Shown: positions 44,090 to 54,046 of the stretch, piece after piece | Position numbering within the stretch: the first letter of the stretch is position 1 | Layout: every line of letters begins with the position of its first letter | Assembly: GCA_035295545.1 (NCBI GenBank) | Contig: DATGIT010000009.1 | Span: forward strand, 140,823 to 204,822 | Length of the DNA stretch: 64,000 nucleotides | Source: Candidatus Binataceae bacterium | Lineage (GTDB): Bacteria > Desulfobacterota > Binatia > Binatales > Binataceae | Reading direction: 5' to 3' | Notes under the pieces: model-generated | Databases searched by the model: none | Told to the model about the DNA's origin: nothing | What the model saw: only the letters and a program-made list of their open reading frames with translations | Made by a program: the position numbers and the translations under genes

Positions 44090-47000
44090 ATGGCTGACGA
44101 CAGTCGGGACCAGCAGGCAAAGCAGCGGCGCGTTCCCGTCTGCGGGATAGGAGCCTCTGCCGGAGGCCTCGAAGCACTGCAGAAGCTGTTCGGCGCTTTG
44201 CCGAACGATCTGGGTCTGGCCTACGTGGTCATTGTCCACCTTGCTCCGGATCGCAAGAGCGATCTGCCGGCCATCATCGGCCGCTGGACGCAGATGCCGG
44301 TGACGCAGGTGGGCGACCACGACAGGGCCGCGCTGGCGGGCAATCACGTCTACGTGATTGCGCCGGACCGCCGGCTCGAAATCACGGATACCTCGGTCGC
44401 TGCGGCAAATTTCGAGCAGGTGCGCGGTCAGCGGGCGGCGATCGATCTGTTTTTCCGCTCGCTCGCTTCGGCGCGCGGTGACGGGTTCGCGATCATTCTT
44501 TCAGGCAGCGGTTCAGACGGCGCGCTGGGCGCGCGCGCGGTCAAAGAGAGTGGCGGGGTGGTCCTGGTGCAGGATCCGCAGGAAGCGGCTCACAGCGATA
44601 TGCCGCAGGCGGTCATTGCCACGGGGGTTGCGGATGTTGTGTTGCCGGTGAAGGAACTGGTCGCGCGACTGGCCGATTTAGCGCGCACCAAGGACAGCGT
44701 TAACTCGCTCGCCAACGCGGAGGAATCCCAGCGCTTCGATGAACGCGAGGAGCGCGCGCTGCGCGGTATCTTCGACCTGCTACGACGCCGCACCGGCCAT
44801 GATTTCTCCAAGTACAAGCGCAACACGGTGTTGCGGCGGCTCGCCAGGCGCATGCAGCTTTCCCACCAGCTGACGATCGAGGATTACCTGCACTTTCTCC
44901 GCCGCGATGCCGGGGAGGTGGGTTCGCTTTTCGACGATCTGCTGATCTCGGTCACCTCGTTTTTTCGCGATGCGGACGCCTGGGACGCGCTGCAGGCGCA
45001 GGTCATTGTTCCGCTGCTCGATCGCACGGCGGTTGAAGAGCAGCTGAGGGTATGGGTCCCGGCGTGCGCCACCGGAGAGGAGGCATACACGCTCGCGATC
45101 CTGTTCCATGAGGTGTTCGAACGTCTCGGCGTTCAGCGCGATCTGGTTATTTTCGCCTCGGACGTGGACGAGCCCGCGCTGGCGGTCGCTCGGGAGGGAT
45201 TGTATCCGCGGGCAATCGCCGCCGATGTGACGGAGCTGCGACTGGACCGGTATTTCCGGCTCGAAGGCGACCATTACCGGGTGGCAAGTACCATCCGCGA
45301 CCATGTGGTTTTCGCCGCGCACAATCTGCTGCGCGATCCGCCGTTCTCACGGCTCCACCTCGTCTCGTGCCGCAATTTGCTGATCTATCTCGATCGCGAG
45401 CTGCAGGAGCAGGCGATGGCGGTGTTCCGGTACGCGTGCCGCGACGAGGCTTTTCTGTTCCTGGGAGCTTCGGAAGTGGCCGACGCGGAAATGTTCCAGG
45501 ACGTTGACAAGAAGCACCGCATCTTTGTGATCCGCCCGCGAACCGACGGCAACCGCACTCCCTTGCCGGATGTTCTGGCGACGCAGACCGGACCGATGGT
45601 TCGGCGCGAAGCCCAGGCGCCCATGCGTACCAACCTGGCGGAGATCCACCTCGCGGCGCTCGAGGAGGCGGCGCCGCCGACGGTGGTCATCGATGAGCGC
45701 TGGAACGTGCTCCACCTGTCGCCGAGCGCATCGCGCTTTTTCCAGCAGAGCGGGGGACCGCTGGCGCAACGCATCACAGACCTGATCAGGCCGGAACTAC
45801 GCGACGATTTGCACGCCCTGCTGCACCGCGCCGCGGAGGCGCGCGGGCCGCAACTCTCGGCCTTCATCTCGGTGACTTTCAACGGCGCGCTCCATCGCGT
45901 CGCCATGTTGATCCAGCAGCCGCGCAACGCGGACGGAATCGCGGCCCACGCCCTGATCACTTTTCTCGACGCCGGCGAGGCCAGCGAGCAGCCGGCACCC
46001 GACCAGGAGCCGACCAGTGAAATGGTGCGCGCGTTGCGCGAAAAGCTGCGCCAGGCCGAGCAGCGCATCGAAAACATGCGCGACGACTACTATCTCACTA
46101 ACGAAGATCTGCGCGCCGCCAACGAGGAGTTGCAAAGCCTCAACGAGGAGTATCGCTCGACCACCGGGGAACTTCAGACCAGCAAGGAAGAGCTGCAGAG
46201 CATCAACGAGGAGCTGCAGACCGTCAACCAGGAACTCAAGCAGAAACTCGAGGAGGTTTCGCGCGCGAACAGCGACCTGGAAAACCTGATGGCCGCTGTT
46301 GACGTGGCGACGCTGTTTCTCGATCGCCAGTGCCGCATCAGCCGCTTCACTCCGCGTCTGGGCGAGATCTTCAACGTCAAGGCCCGGGATCGCGAACGCC
46401 CCATCAGCGATATCACGCACGTGCTCGATTACGCCGCGCTGGAGAGCGATGCGCGGCGGATGATTGCCGGCTCCAGGCCGTTCCAGCACGAAGTCAGGAG
46501 CCGCGATGGACGGGTCTTCGTCGCGCGCCTCAATCCCTACCGCCAGATCGGCAAGGATGAGATTGACGGCGTGGTTATCACGTTCATCGACGTGACCGAG
46601 ATCAAGGCGGCCGAGGCGGCCTTGCGCGACAGCGAACGCAGGCTCGAGGCGGAACTCGACGTGATGCGGAAGCTCCATCGGATGACGATGGCGATGGCCA
46701 CGGCGCCGACGCTGGTGCAGGCTCTGAACGAGAGTCTGAACTCGGCGATTAGCCTGCTCGGGGCGCAATTCGGCAGCGTCCAAGTGCTCGATGCGGATTC
46801 GCACAAGCTGAAAGTCATAGCGCAGCGCGGTTTTCAGCCGGAATTCCTGAAAACCTTCGACTCGATCGGAACCGAGGACAATTCCTCTTGCGGTCGCGCC
46901 CTGCGCTCGCATGCCTCGGTGCTGATCGAGGACGTGGCCTCAGAGCCCGACTATACGCCGTATCGCGCGACCGCTGCTGCCGCCGGCTACCGCGCGGTCC

Positions 47001-48295
47001 AATCCGAGCCGATGCTGGGAAAGGACGGCAAGCTGGTCGGCGTGCTCTCGGTCCATTTTCGCGAGCCGCACCGCTTCACCGATCGCGAACGGCAGATTGG
47101 CGCGCTCATCGCCCGGCAGGCGGCTGACCTGGTAATGGCTCATCGCACGGCCGCCCTCGAGGCGAGCGAGAAGGAACTCTCCACAAGGGCGGCCCAGCTG
47201 GTCGAATACGATCGCAACAAGGACCGTTTTCTCGCCGGGCTCGGGCATGAACTGCGCAACCCGATGGCCGCCATCCAGTACAGTCTCGAACGGCTGTTGC
47301 CCAGCGGCGAACCGTCCAAAACCGCCATCGCTCTTATCCGGCGCCAGGCGGAGCACATGGTGCGCCTCATCGACGACCTGCTCGACCACACGCGAATCAA
47401 TCGCGGGACGTTGCGCGTCGTGCGCAGCGCGGTCAATCTCAACCAGACCGTGCTTGCCGCCGTCGAAGCGGTGCGCGCGCGCGCGCGGTCCAAGGGACTC
47501 ACGGCCGAGGCGAAATTGCCCGATAACCCGATCTTTGTTCACGCCGACCAGGAACGTCTCACGCAGATCCTCGACAATCTGCTGAACAATGCCCTGGCGT
47601 TCACCGAACACGGAAGCATCACCGTCAGCGTCGAGCGTAGCGAAGCGCTGGCTCGAATCACGGTCCGCGATACCGGCGTGGGCGTCGACCCGGCTCGGGC
47701 CCAGACGCTCTTCGAGCCGTTCAGGGTCGCTGACTTGCCTGCTCGTGGCGATGACTTGGGGATGGGTCTGGGGCTGTCGCTGGTCAAGCGTCTGGTGGAG
47801 ATGCATGAGGGGACCGTGGCATTGCATAGCGAGGGGCGCGGGAGCGGGAGTGAAATCACCTTCACGATTCCGCTCGCCCGCGGCGAAATTCCTCCCGCCC
47901 CCGCACCTCCCGACCTGCCGCCCCCGCGCCGGGTGCTTGTGGTCGACGATCAGCGCGACGTCGCGGAGATGTTCGGTCGCCTGCTCGAGGGCATGGGACA
48001 AGACGTGCGCGTGGCATATAGCGGTGAAGCCGCGCTCGCGGTCGCACGCGCTTATCGACCGCACGTCGCTTTCGTGGACTTGGCCATGCCCGGCATGGAT
48101 GGTGAAGAGTTGGCGCGGCGGCTGCGCGAGGAATTTGCGCCCGAACAGCTTGCGCTGGTTGCGACCAGCGGCTATCCGCGCAACGAAGAATTGGACAGCG
48201 CCACACTCTTCGAGCATCACCTGCTAAAGCCCATTGCAGCCGAGCAACTGATCGCGCTGCTGAACTCCCTGGCTCCTGGCATGTCTTCGAAATAG
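44090..48295 (+). CDS. Multidomain sensor: CheB methylesterase + CheR methyltransferase + coiled-coil linker + PAS/GAF + histidine kinase + C-terminal receiver domain
   Basis: - CheB-like: VCGIGASAGGLEALQKLF...VVIVHLAPDRKS.
- CheR-like: LRVWVPACATGEEAYTLAILF...FSRLHLVSCRNLLIYLD.
- Heptad coiled coil: ANEELQSLNEEYRSTTGELQTSKEELQSINEELQTVNQELKQK.
- HisKA: LGHELRNPMAAIQYSLE.
- HATPase_c: RDTGVGVD...GMGLGLSLVKRLVEMHEG.
- REC: VLVVDDQRDVAEM...VAFVDLAMPGMDGEEL. Confidence 0.85.
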   Translation: MADDSRDQQAKQRRVPVCGIGASAGGLEALQKLFGALPNDLGLAYVVIVHLAPDRKSDLPAIIGRWTQMPVTQVGDHDRAALAGNHVYVIAPDRRLEITDTSVAAANFEQVRGQRAAIDLFFRSLASARGDGFAIILSGSGSDGALGARAVKESGGVVLVQDPQEAAHSDMPQAVIATGVADVVLPVKELVARLADLARTKDSVNSLANAEESQRFDEREERALRGIFDLLRRRTGHDFSKYKRNTVLRRLARRMQLSHQLTIEDYLHFLRRDAGEVGSLFDDLLISVTSFFRDADAWDALQAQVIVPLLDRTAVEEQLRVWVPACATGEEAYTLAILFHEVFERLGVQRDLVIFASDVDEPALAVAREGLYPRAIAADVTELRLDRYFRLEGDHYRVASTIRDHVVFAAHNLLRDPPFSRLHLVSCRNLLIYLDRELQEQAMAVFRYACRDEAFLFLGASEVADAEMFQDVDKKHRIFVIRPRTDGNRTPLPDVLATQTGPMVRREAQAPMRTNLAEIHLAALEEAAPPTVVIDERWNVLHLSPSASRFFQQSGGPLAQRITDLIRPELRDDLHALLHRAAEARGPQLSAFISVTFNGALHRVAMLIQQPRNADGIAAHALITFLDAGEASEQPAPDQEPTSEMVRALREKLRQAEQRIENMRDDYYLTNEDLRAANEELQSLNEEYRSTTGELQTSKEELQSINEELQTVNQELKQKLEEVSRANSDLENLMAAVDVATLFLDRQCRISRFTPRLGEIFNVKARDRERPISDITHVLDYAALESDARRMIAGSRPFQHEVRSRDGRVFVARLNPYRQIGKDEIDGVVITFIDVTEIKAAEAALRDSERRLEAELDVMRKLHRMTMAMATAPTLVQALNESLNSAISLLGAQFGSVQVLDADSHKLKVIAQRGFQPEFLKTFDSIGTEDNSSCGRALRSHASVLIEDVASEPDYTPYRATAAAAGYRAVQSEPMLGKDGKLVGVLSVHFREPHRFTDRERQIGALIARQAADLVMAHRTAALEASEKELSTRAAQLVEYDRNKDRFLAGLGHELRNPMAAIQYSLERLLPSGEPSKTAIALIRRQAEHMVRLIDDLLDHTRINRGTLRVVRSAVNLNQTVLAAVEAVRARARSKGLTAEAKLPDNPIFVHADQERLTQILDNLLNNALAFTEHGSITVSVERSEALARITVRDTGVGVDPARAQTLFEPFRVADLPARGDDLGMGLGLSLVKRLVEMHEGTVALHSEGRGSGSEITFTIPLARGEIPPAPAPPDLPPPRRVLVVDDQRDVAEMFGRLLEGMGQDVRVAYSGEAALAVARAYRPHVAFVDLAMPGMDGEELARRLREEFAPEQLALVATSGYPRNEELDSATLFEHHLLKPIAAEQLIALLNSLAPGMSSK

Positions 48296-48311
48296 CGGCG
48301 AGACCTCATGT

Positions 48312-48334
48312 CGGCCTCGCCAGAGGGGCGAGGC
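48312..48334 (+). terminator. Candidate terminator hairpin after the sensor kinase gene
   Basis: GGCCTCGCC-AGAGG-GGCGAGGCC 9-bp GC stem 16 nt after the stop. No clear U-tract. Confidence 0.3.
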
Positions 48335-48599
48335 CCGGTCTCCAGTCGGTCGCCGTTTCGCTTCAAATCCCTTCGTTCAGCATTCTTGAGCGAACAGCGA
48401 CGATCTAAAGCGAGCGCTCTAGAAAAGGCAGGGGAGCTATTCCGCGTTCCACCCGCTTCTCAACCTGAGCACTCTCGCCATCGTCATCCTTGGCCAGGAC
48501 AGCCAATGCTTGTCGCTCGTGCGGCAAATCGGTAGTCGAGTAACGTGATGGCACACCTGGTCTGGCCAGGGGCTCTTTGACCGTGCCCTCGGAGGCCGT

Positions 48600-49253
48600 A
48601 TGGAACGCAAGTACTTCTCAGTGTCGTGCGATCCCGGCCGGTCGCTTCTTGGCGGAAAAGTCGTCTGCGGATATGGCAGGCGGCTGCGCAAGGCCGCCAT
48701 CGCTGGTTTTCTGGTCGTCGGGGTCGCGCTCCGTACCGGCGCCGCAGCAGCGGGTGCCGACGCAGGCGCTTCGGGGCCAGCCCTTGGATCGGCCCGCGAC
48801 TACGTACAGACCGAACCCGGCTATTACGCTCCCAACTCGGTGGATTCCTACGAGAGCGCCGCGTTGGGCATTGCGGTCCAGGCGGAGACGGTGTGGTCCG
48901 GGCGGGGGCGATGGGTTGATGGACTGAGGATCGTGCGGATACTCCCCGGCAGTCGGGCGGGCGCGGCAGGTCTGCAGGGGAGCAGTCCGGGAAGCCTGAG
49001 TACCAGTCTGCTTTTCTTCGGCATGATTGCAAGCGCGGCGATATGCCCGCCGATGATGTTCGGGATGATTGCGCTCAGCAAGGCTGTCCAGCCGCATGAA
49101 ACCATCATCGCCGTGGATGGCGAGCGGACGCGCAACATTTTCGATTTCGAGAACGCCATCGAGGAAGGGCAGGCGGGGGAAATCGCCTACCTGACTGTCC
49201 TTAGCCATGGCCGCCGCGAACAGATTCCAGTGCTTCTGGCGCCGGGAGGTTGA
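48600..49253 (+). CDS. Hypothetical PDZ-domain-like protein
   Basis: GLRIVRILPGSRAGAAGLQ ... ETIIAVDGERTRNIFDFENAIEEGQAGEIAYLTVLSHGRREQIPVLL resembles a PDZ fold interrupted by a hydrophobic insert. Start uncertain. Confidence 0.35.
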   Translation: MERKYFSVSCDPGRSLLGGKVVCGYGRRLRKAAIAGFLVVGVALRTGAAAAGADAGASGPALGSARDYVQTEPGYYAPNSVDSYESAALGIAVQAETVWSGRGRWVDGLRIVRILPGSRAGAAGLQGSSPGSLSTSLLFFGMIASAAICPPMMFGMIALSKAVQPHETIIAVDGERTRNIFDFENAIEEGQAGEIAYLTVLSHGRREQIPVLLAPGG

Positions 49254-49370
49254 TGGAATCACGGCGCGCGCGCCGCCGCCGCGAGCGCATGCACCGAGCC
49301 GTACCGGCATCGGCAGTCAGGCAGGGCGTCGCCATGAACGGATTGCACAGTCGCGTGTGGCACGGTGCGA

Positions 49371-49631
49371 CTAGGTGCCGCGCAATTTCGGCACGTTGTA
49401 GGCATCGAAGGCAATCAGCGTTTTGGTTTCACGCAGGTGGGGCACGCGCTGGATTCGATCCACCACCAGGCGCGCCAGCTGATCGAAGTCCGCCACCCTG
49501 ATCTTCACGATGAGGTCGTAGTCGCCCGCGAGCGAATGCATCTCCTCGACGATCTCCATTTCGACCAGCGCCTTGACTACATCGTCGAGATGCGCAGGTT
49601 CGGTTTTCATCAGCACGAACGCTACGAGCAT
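49371..49631 (-). CDS. Stand-alone Lrp/AsnC C-terminal (RAM/ligand-binding) domain protein
   Basis: 86 aa. MLVAFVLMKTEPAHLDDVVKALVEMEIVEEMHSLAGDYDLIVKIRVADFDQLARLVVDRIQRVPHLRETKTLIAFDAY matches the AsnC_trans_reg domain and has no N-terminal HTH. Confidence 0.6.
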   Translation of the reverse strand: MLVAFVLMKTEPAHLDDVVKALVEMEIVEEMHSLAGDYDLIVKIRVADFDQLARLVVDRIQRVPHLRETKTLIAFDAYNVPKLRGT

Positions 49632-50005
49632 CGGTCTATCCTCCGGATTGAAACGATTCGCGCGCGATACAAATCCAGCCGAACCATGTTGCAGAACTCA
49701 GCCGCTTCGCGAAACGGCCGATCGCGCGGTCTGCTCAGCCCCGGCCTCCGCACTGCAAGGATAATTGACCGCCGAATTCAGGTAACACCCAAGACGTCAC
49801 GCCGCCCGCAAGGCACAGAAAATAGACGTTCGTCTTGAATCGATGTCAGCCTCTTATTATGTCTCTTTATTCTCAAAAGATGGAAATGCACGTCTTGAAG
49901 TAAAACCGGTCAGAGCGTTCTCGACATTGTCCCGCATTAGCGTTCCTTGAATCGAGGACGGTTTTTTGTAGAAATTGTGGCAAACAGATAAGACGAAGCT
50001 GGAGC

Positions 50006-50335
50006 ATGCGAAAATACATTACTCCAGGATCGGTTCGGATTTACGGCCTTCCCGGCACGGACGAGAATTTCGGCCTGCGTGACAATGGCGCCGGGCAGAT
50101 GTGGTCGATGACCAGGAGGGTCGGCACGATCAACTACTGGACGGGCGAGGTCGTTCTGGACAAGAAGTACGTCCCGAAGTTTGGCTTCTGGTACGAGCTG
50201 AAATCCATGTTCAAGCTGAGGCGGGGTGATTCTGCCGATATCAGCTGTGAGTATGAGGTCTCGGTGCTTGATATTGAAGGCAAGCAGGAGCCCGCTTTCA
50301 CCGGACTCAAGTACCCGTTCGTGACAGGACGCTAG
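50006..50335 (+). CDS. Hypothetical protein (109 aa) in a low-GC island
   Basis: Intact ORF with coding-like composition. No recognisable motif. Confidence 0.35.
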   Translation: MRKYITPGSVRIYGLPGTDENFGLRDNGAGQMWSMTRRVGTINYWTGEVVLDKKYVPKFGFWYELKSMFKLRRGDSADISCEYEVSVLDIEGKQEPAFTGLKYPFVTGR

Positions 50336-50420
50336 AGCGGCGAGCGGCTGCCCTAGCCAGCATTACTCGCCGGTTCGCGCTGAGGATTTCGAGCGCTTCC
50401 GCGCAGCGCCGGCAGCCCGG

Positions 50421-52028
50421 TCAGTGCGCCGCCGGTCCGGCCGCGCGCGTCGGGCGAAGCAACAGAAAGGCCGGCACGAATACCGCCGCCATCATCGCGA
50501 GCATGCGGTAGATATCATTGTAGGCCAGCAACGATGCCTGCTGCTGCACGCCTCTGTAGAGCACTCCGAATCCTTGCGCATGATTCGTGATCAGTCCGTG
50601 CATCAGGTTGAAGTGCGGCGCGCCCGGCAGCTGCGTTGGCGCCCGGTCGATGCGCCAGATGTCGAACGCGGTGACATGCTGCGTGAGGTAGGCCTGATGT
50701 GTCTGTTCGCGGCTGTTCAGTAGATTGGTCACCAGCGATATTCCAATCGCCGAGCCGGTGTTGCGCATCATGTTGTAGAGACTGGCGGCGTAGCCCATAC
50801 GCTCCTTCTCAACGCAGGCCAGCGTCGCAGCCGACATCGCCGGGAAAATAAGGCCCGATCCCAGACCCGAGAGAATCATCGCGAAGCGCACGCTGCTCAT
50901 GCTGATGCCGAGCGTCCACCGGCTCATCGACCACAGCGCGATCGCCAACAGGGCGAACCCCAGACCGACAAACCCTCGCGTGTCGATGCCGCGGCGCGAA
51001 ATCTGTCCAATCAGGAACATTCCGAACAAGGTTCCGAAGCCGCGCGGCAGCACGGCCAACCCGGATTTCCACGGCGAGTAGTCCAGCAGCTCCTGGAAGA
51101 AGAGCGGATTGAGCAGATTGAGGCCGAACACGACCAGGATCATCACCAGCACGATCGTTACCGAGACGTCGAACAGCGGGATTTCCAGGATGCGCAGGTC
51201 CAGAATGGGTTCGGGAAAGCGCAATTCCCGGAACACGAGCAGGATCAGAGAAATCACCGCTGCGGCGGTGAACGCGCATACCCACCACGAGTCGAACCAG
51301 TCGGCGCGCTGGCCGCGGTCCAGGACGATCTGCAGCAGCCCCAGACCGAGCGCCAGGTAAGCGATGCCCAGGTAGTCGACCCGTCGCGCGCTCGCCTGCG
51401 ATTTGCGTATGTGCTCGGGATCGTGAACGAAGACGATCACCATCAGCGTTGCCACGATTCCGATCGGCAGGTTGATATAAAAATTCCAGCGCCAGCTCCA
51501 GTTATAGGTGATCCAGCCGCCGAGCGTCGGTCCCAGCATTGGCGAAGTCAGCAGCCCCATGCCCCAGACCGACATCGCGAGGCCCTGCTCCTCGGGCGGG
51601 AAAGTCTCCATCAGGATGGCCTGCGAAGATGGAATCATGGCCGCGCCCGCTCCGCCCTGAATCACCCGGAACACGACCATCTGCGCGAGCGATTGCGCGG
51701 CCCCGCAGAGCCCGGACGAGATCATGAAAACCACCACGGACAGCAGAAAATAGCGTTTGCGCCCGAACCGGGCGGAGATCCATCCGGTCAGCGGAATCAT
51801 TATTCCGTTGGCGACGATATAGCTGGTCAGAATCCAGGTGACTTCGTCCCGGCTCGCCGAGAAACTTCCCTGCATGTGCGGCAGTGAGACGTTGACGATT
51901 GAAGTGTCGAGAACCTCGAGCGTCGCGCCGAGCATGACCGCGACCGCCACCAGCCACTTGTGACTCGCGGACGGGCTCGCGGCCCGAGAGGCTCTCGCGT
52001 GAGCGTCGTCAGCTATTCCTGCGGCCAA
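50421..52028 (-). CDS. MFS transporter, DHA2 (EmrB/QacA-like, 14-TMS) family
   Basis: LEVLDTSIVNVSLPHMQGSFSASRDEVTWILTSYIVANGIMIPLTGWISARFGRKRYFLLSVVVFMISSGLCGAA is the canonical EmrB-family N-terminal region. 535 aa. Confidence 0.8.
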   Translation of the reverse strand: MAAGIADDAHARASRAASPSASHKWLVAVAVMLGATLEVLDTSIVNVSLPHMQGSFSASRDEVTWILTSYIVANGIMIPLTGWISARFGRKRYFLLSVVVFMISSGLCGAAQSLAQMVVFRVIQGGAGAAMIPSSQAILMETFPPEEQGLAMSVWGMGLLTSPMLGPTLGGWITYNWSWRWNFYINLPIGIVATLMVIVFVHDPEHIRKSQASARRVDYLGIAYLALGLGLLQIVLDRGQRADWFDSWWVCAFTAAAVISLILLVFRELRFPEPILDLRILEIPLFDVSVTIVLVMILVVFGLNLLNPLFFQELLDYSPWKSGLAVLPRGFGTLFGMFLIGQISRRGIDTRGFVGLGFALLAIALWSMSRWTLGISMSSVRFAMILSGLGSGLIFPAMSAATLACVEKERMGYAASLYNMMRNTGSAIGISLVTNLLNSREQTHQAYLTQHVTAFDIWRIDRAPTQLPGAPHFNLMHGLITNHAQGFGVLYRGVQQQASLLAYNDIYRMLAMMAAVFVPAFLLLRPTRAAGPAAH

Positions 52029-52088
52029 TGACTGTCTCTCCAGGTGCGGCGAGTCGAGCGGCTGTCGTGCAGCAACATGCAGGCCCGC

Positions 52089-52829
52089 CTAACTTGTGCG
52101 GCGCGGATGCGGCGCCGCCGCGCGTCCGCGTTCGTATGCGTCTGCGGCGTCGCAGATTCCCTGGTAGAAAAGTTTGACCGCGTTAAGCGCGGAGACCAGG
52201 CCGGTCAGTATCTCCTCCCGGTCGGCGTGGTTTCTGACGTGCCTGAGGATAGGTTCCCAGACTTCCTGGCCGGCGTGTTCCTCGTCGGCTTTCAGATGAT
52301 AACTGAAGAAAAAGACCTGCTCGTCGTCGAGACCGAAGGTCCTCTTCCAGACCTCCGGATGAAAGTTGTTCTCGGGCAGCGTACTGAGGATGAATTCGTC
52401 GGTCGAGGTGGTCAGCCATCCCACGATCCAGCTGCGCGCCCGGCAGAGATTCTCCCAGACGTGGAAGGCGGCATCGACCAGCGGCAGCGGCGCGACGGAA
52501 TTCATTTCGTCGTCGGTCAGCCCGATGTTTCGTCCCATCTGCCATAAAATCGCGGTATGGCCGGTGCCGATTTGATCGTCCATCACCAGTTCCTGCCGGA
52601 TCTGGCCGATGGTCTTTCTCACCACCTCCAGGTCAGGACATCGGCTCATCCACGCGGGCCGGAGCACGGAACTCAACAGGCGGTTTCGCAGGATATGTTG
52701 CAGCAGGTACATCCGTCCGCGTGCCGGCGTGAGCGGATCGCGAAACCAGCTGATTTCCCTGCCCGCCTCGAGCGTAGATTGGGCGATGTCGTCGATCAGC
52801 GTTCGCGCCTGCCGGTCATCTGCTTTCAT
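52089..52829 (-). CDS. Hypothetical protein, possibly heme-oxygenase-like fold (TenA/PqqC/iron-containing redox enzyme superfamily)
   Basis: MKADDRQARTLIDDIAQSTLEAGREISWFRDPL...FFFSYHLKADEEHAGQEVWEPILRHV. The 5' part of the tracked 592-aa ORF is antisense to the phosphotriesterase gene and was trimmed. Confidence 0.45.
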   Translation of the reverse strand: MKADDRQARTLIDDIAQSTLEAGREISWFRDPLTPARGRMYLLQHILRNRLLSSVLRPAWMSRCPDLEVVRKTIGQIRQELVMDDQIGTGHTAILWQMGRNIGLTDDEMNSVAPLPLVDAAFHVWENLCRARSWIVGWLTTSTDEFILSTLPENNFHPEVWKRTFGLDDEQVFFFSYHLKADEEHAGQEVWEPILRHVRNHADREEILTGLVSALNAVKLFYQGICDAADAYERGRAAAPHPRRTS

Positions 52830-53015
52830 ATGCTTTCCTGGCTGCCTTTCGCAGAGCATCGATCTGCGGCGAGGTTTGCGCAAGCGCGCCGTGCGCTTTG
52901 CCGCCCGTTCAGCGATGTCGCGCTCGCGCGCATTTGACGCACAGGCGGCGCCGGCGCTAGCTTTCCGCTTATCCTTTGCGGCATGCGTGCCGCGTGCGGA
53001 GCGGAGGCGCGCTTC

Positions 53016-53969
53016 ATGAGAACGATCAACACCGTTACCGGTACGGTTACTCCCGAGAAGCTTGGCACCACGCTGATGCACGAGCATCTGATGGTCGGAT
53101 GGGGCGGCTGGGAACTCGACTGCACGGCGCCGCGGTTCGAGCGCAGACAGGCGCTCAAGTTCGCGACCGATCGGCTCAAGGAGTTGCGCGATCTCGGGCT
53201 TGGAACCTTCCTCGACCCGTGCCCGATGGACATCGGACGCGACGTGAACTTCATGGCCGAGGCGGCGAGTTCGGCCAATGTCCAGTTGATTTGCGCCACC
53301 GGACTGTACAAGGAGGACCTCGGCAATACCGCTTACTTCAAACAGCGGCCGGTGGATGAAATCGCCGGGGTCTATGTGGCCGAATTGACGGAAGGCATTG
53401 CACGCACCGGCGTCAAGGCCGGTGTGATCAAGTGCGCGACGTCCAAGGGCAAGATTACCGAGTACGAAGAAAAGTGCCTGCGGGCCGCCGCGCGCGCCCA
53501 CCTGAAAACCGGTGCGCCCATTACGACGCACACCGATGACGGCACCATGGGTCGCGAGCAACTCGACATTTTCGCCTCCGAAGGGGTGGATCTTAAGCAC
53601 GTGATCGTGGGCCACAGCTGCGGCGCTTCGGACCTCCGCTATCACACCGACATGCTCGACCGCGGTTGCTATCTCGGGTTCGACCGCTTCGGATTGGACT
53701 TTCTGCATCCCGACCGTCTGCGACTGGCCGCTTTGATCGGCCTGCTGGGCATCGGTTTCGAGAAACAGCTCGTGCTGTCGCACGACTCCGTCGCATGCTG
53801 GCTGGGACGCGGCCTCGATCTCACGCCGGAGATCGAAAAAGGCATCCGCAACTGGGAGCCGACGCACATCTTCAGGAATATTCTGCCGGCGTTGCGCAAG
53901 GCCGGCGTCGGCGAAGAGAAGATCCAGACGTTGATGGTCGAAAATCCGCGACGTTACTTCGAGCAGTAA
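53016..53969 (+). CDS. Phosphotriesterase-related protein (PTE/PHP family amidohydrolase)
   Basis: MRTINTVTGTVTPEKLGTTLMHEHLMVGWGGWELD... with HxH metal motif, ...GVIKCATSKGKITEYEEKCLRAAARAHLKTGAPITTHTDDG...VIVGHSCG. Confidence 0.8.
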   Translation: MRTINTVTGTVTPEKLGTTLMHEHLMVGWGGWELDCTAPRFERRQALKFATDRLKELRDLGLGTFLDPCPMDIGRDVNFMAEAASSANVQLICATGLYKEDLGNTAYFKQRPVDEIAGVYVAELTEGIARTGVKAGVIKCATSKGKITEYEEKCLRAAARAHLKTGAPITTHTDDGTMGREQLDIFASEGVDLKHVIVGHSCGASDLRYHTDMLDRGCYLGFDRFGLDFLHPDRLRLAALIGLLGIGFEKQLVLSHDSVACWLGRGLDLTPEIEKGIRNWEPTHIFRNILPALRKAGVGEEKIQTLMVENPRRYFEQ

Positions 53970-53990
53970 GTCGACATCGTTCCAGTAAAC

Positions 53991-54023
53991 GAACGGGCCG
54001 GGAAGCGTCTTCCCGGCCCGTTC
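53991..54023. terminator. Bidirectional terminator hairpin between convergent genes
   Basis: GAACGGGCCGGGAAG-CGT-CTTCCCGGCCCGTTC is a perfect 15-bp stem followed by ACTTTG. It lies between the PTE stop (53969) and the minus-strand HTH gene stop (54047). Confidence 0.6.
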
Positions 54024-54046
54024 ACTTTGCGGCTCACCGACTTGGA

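Noticed and set aside
46080-46290. Short direct nucleotide repeats (CAACGAGGAG x3) inside the sensor kinase gene, considered as a CRISPR-like or tandem repeat
   Set aside because: They are in-frame and encode the heptad coiled-coil linker. There are no spacers and no repeat-unit regularity characteristic of CRISPR.
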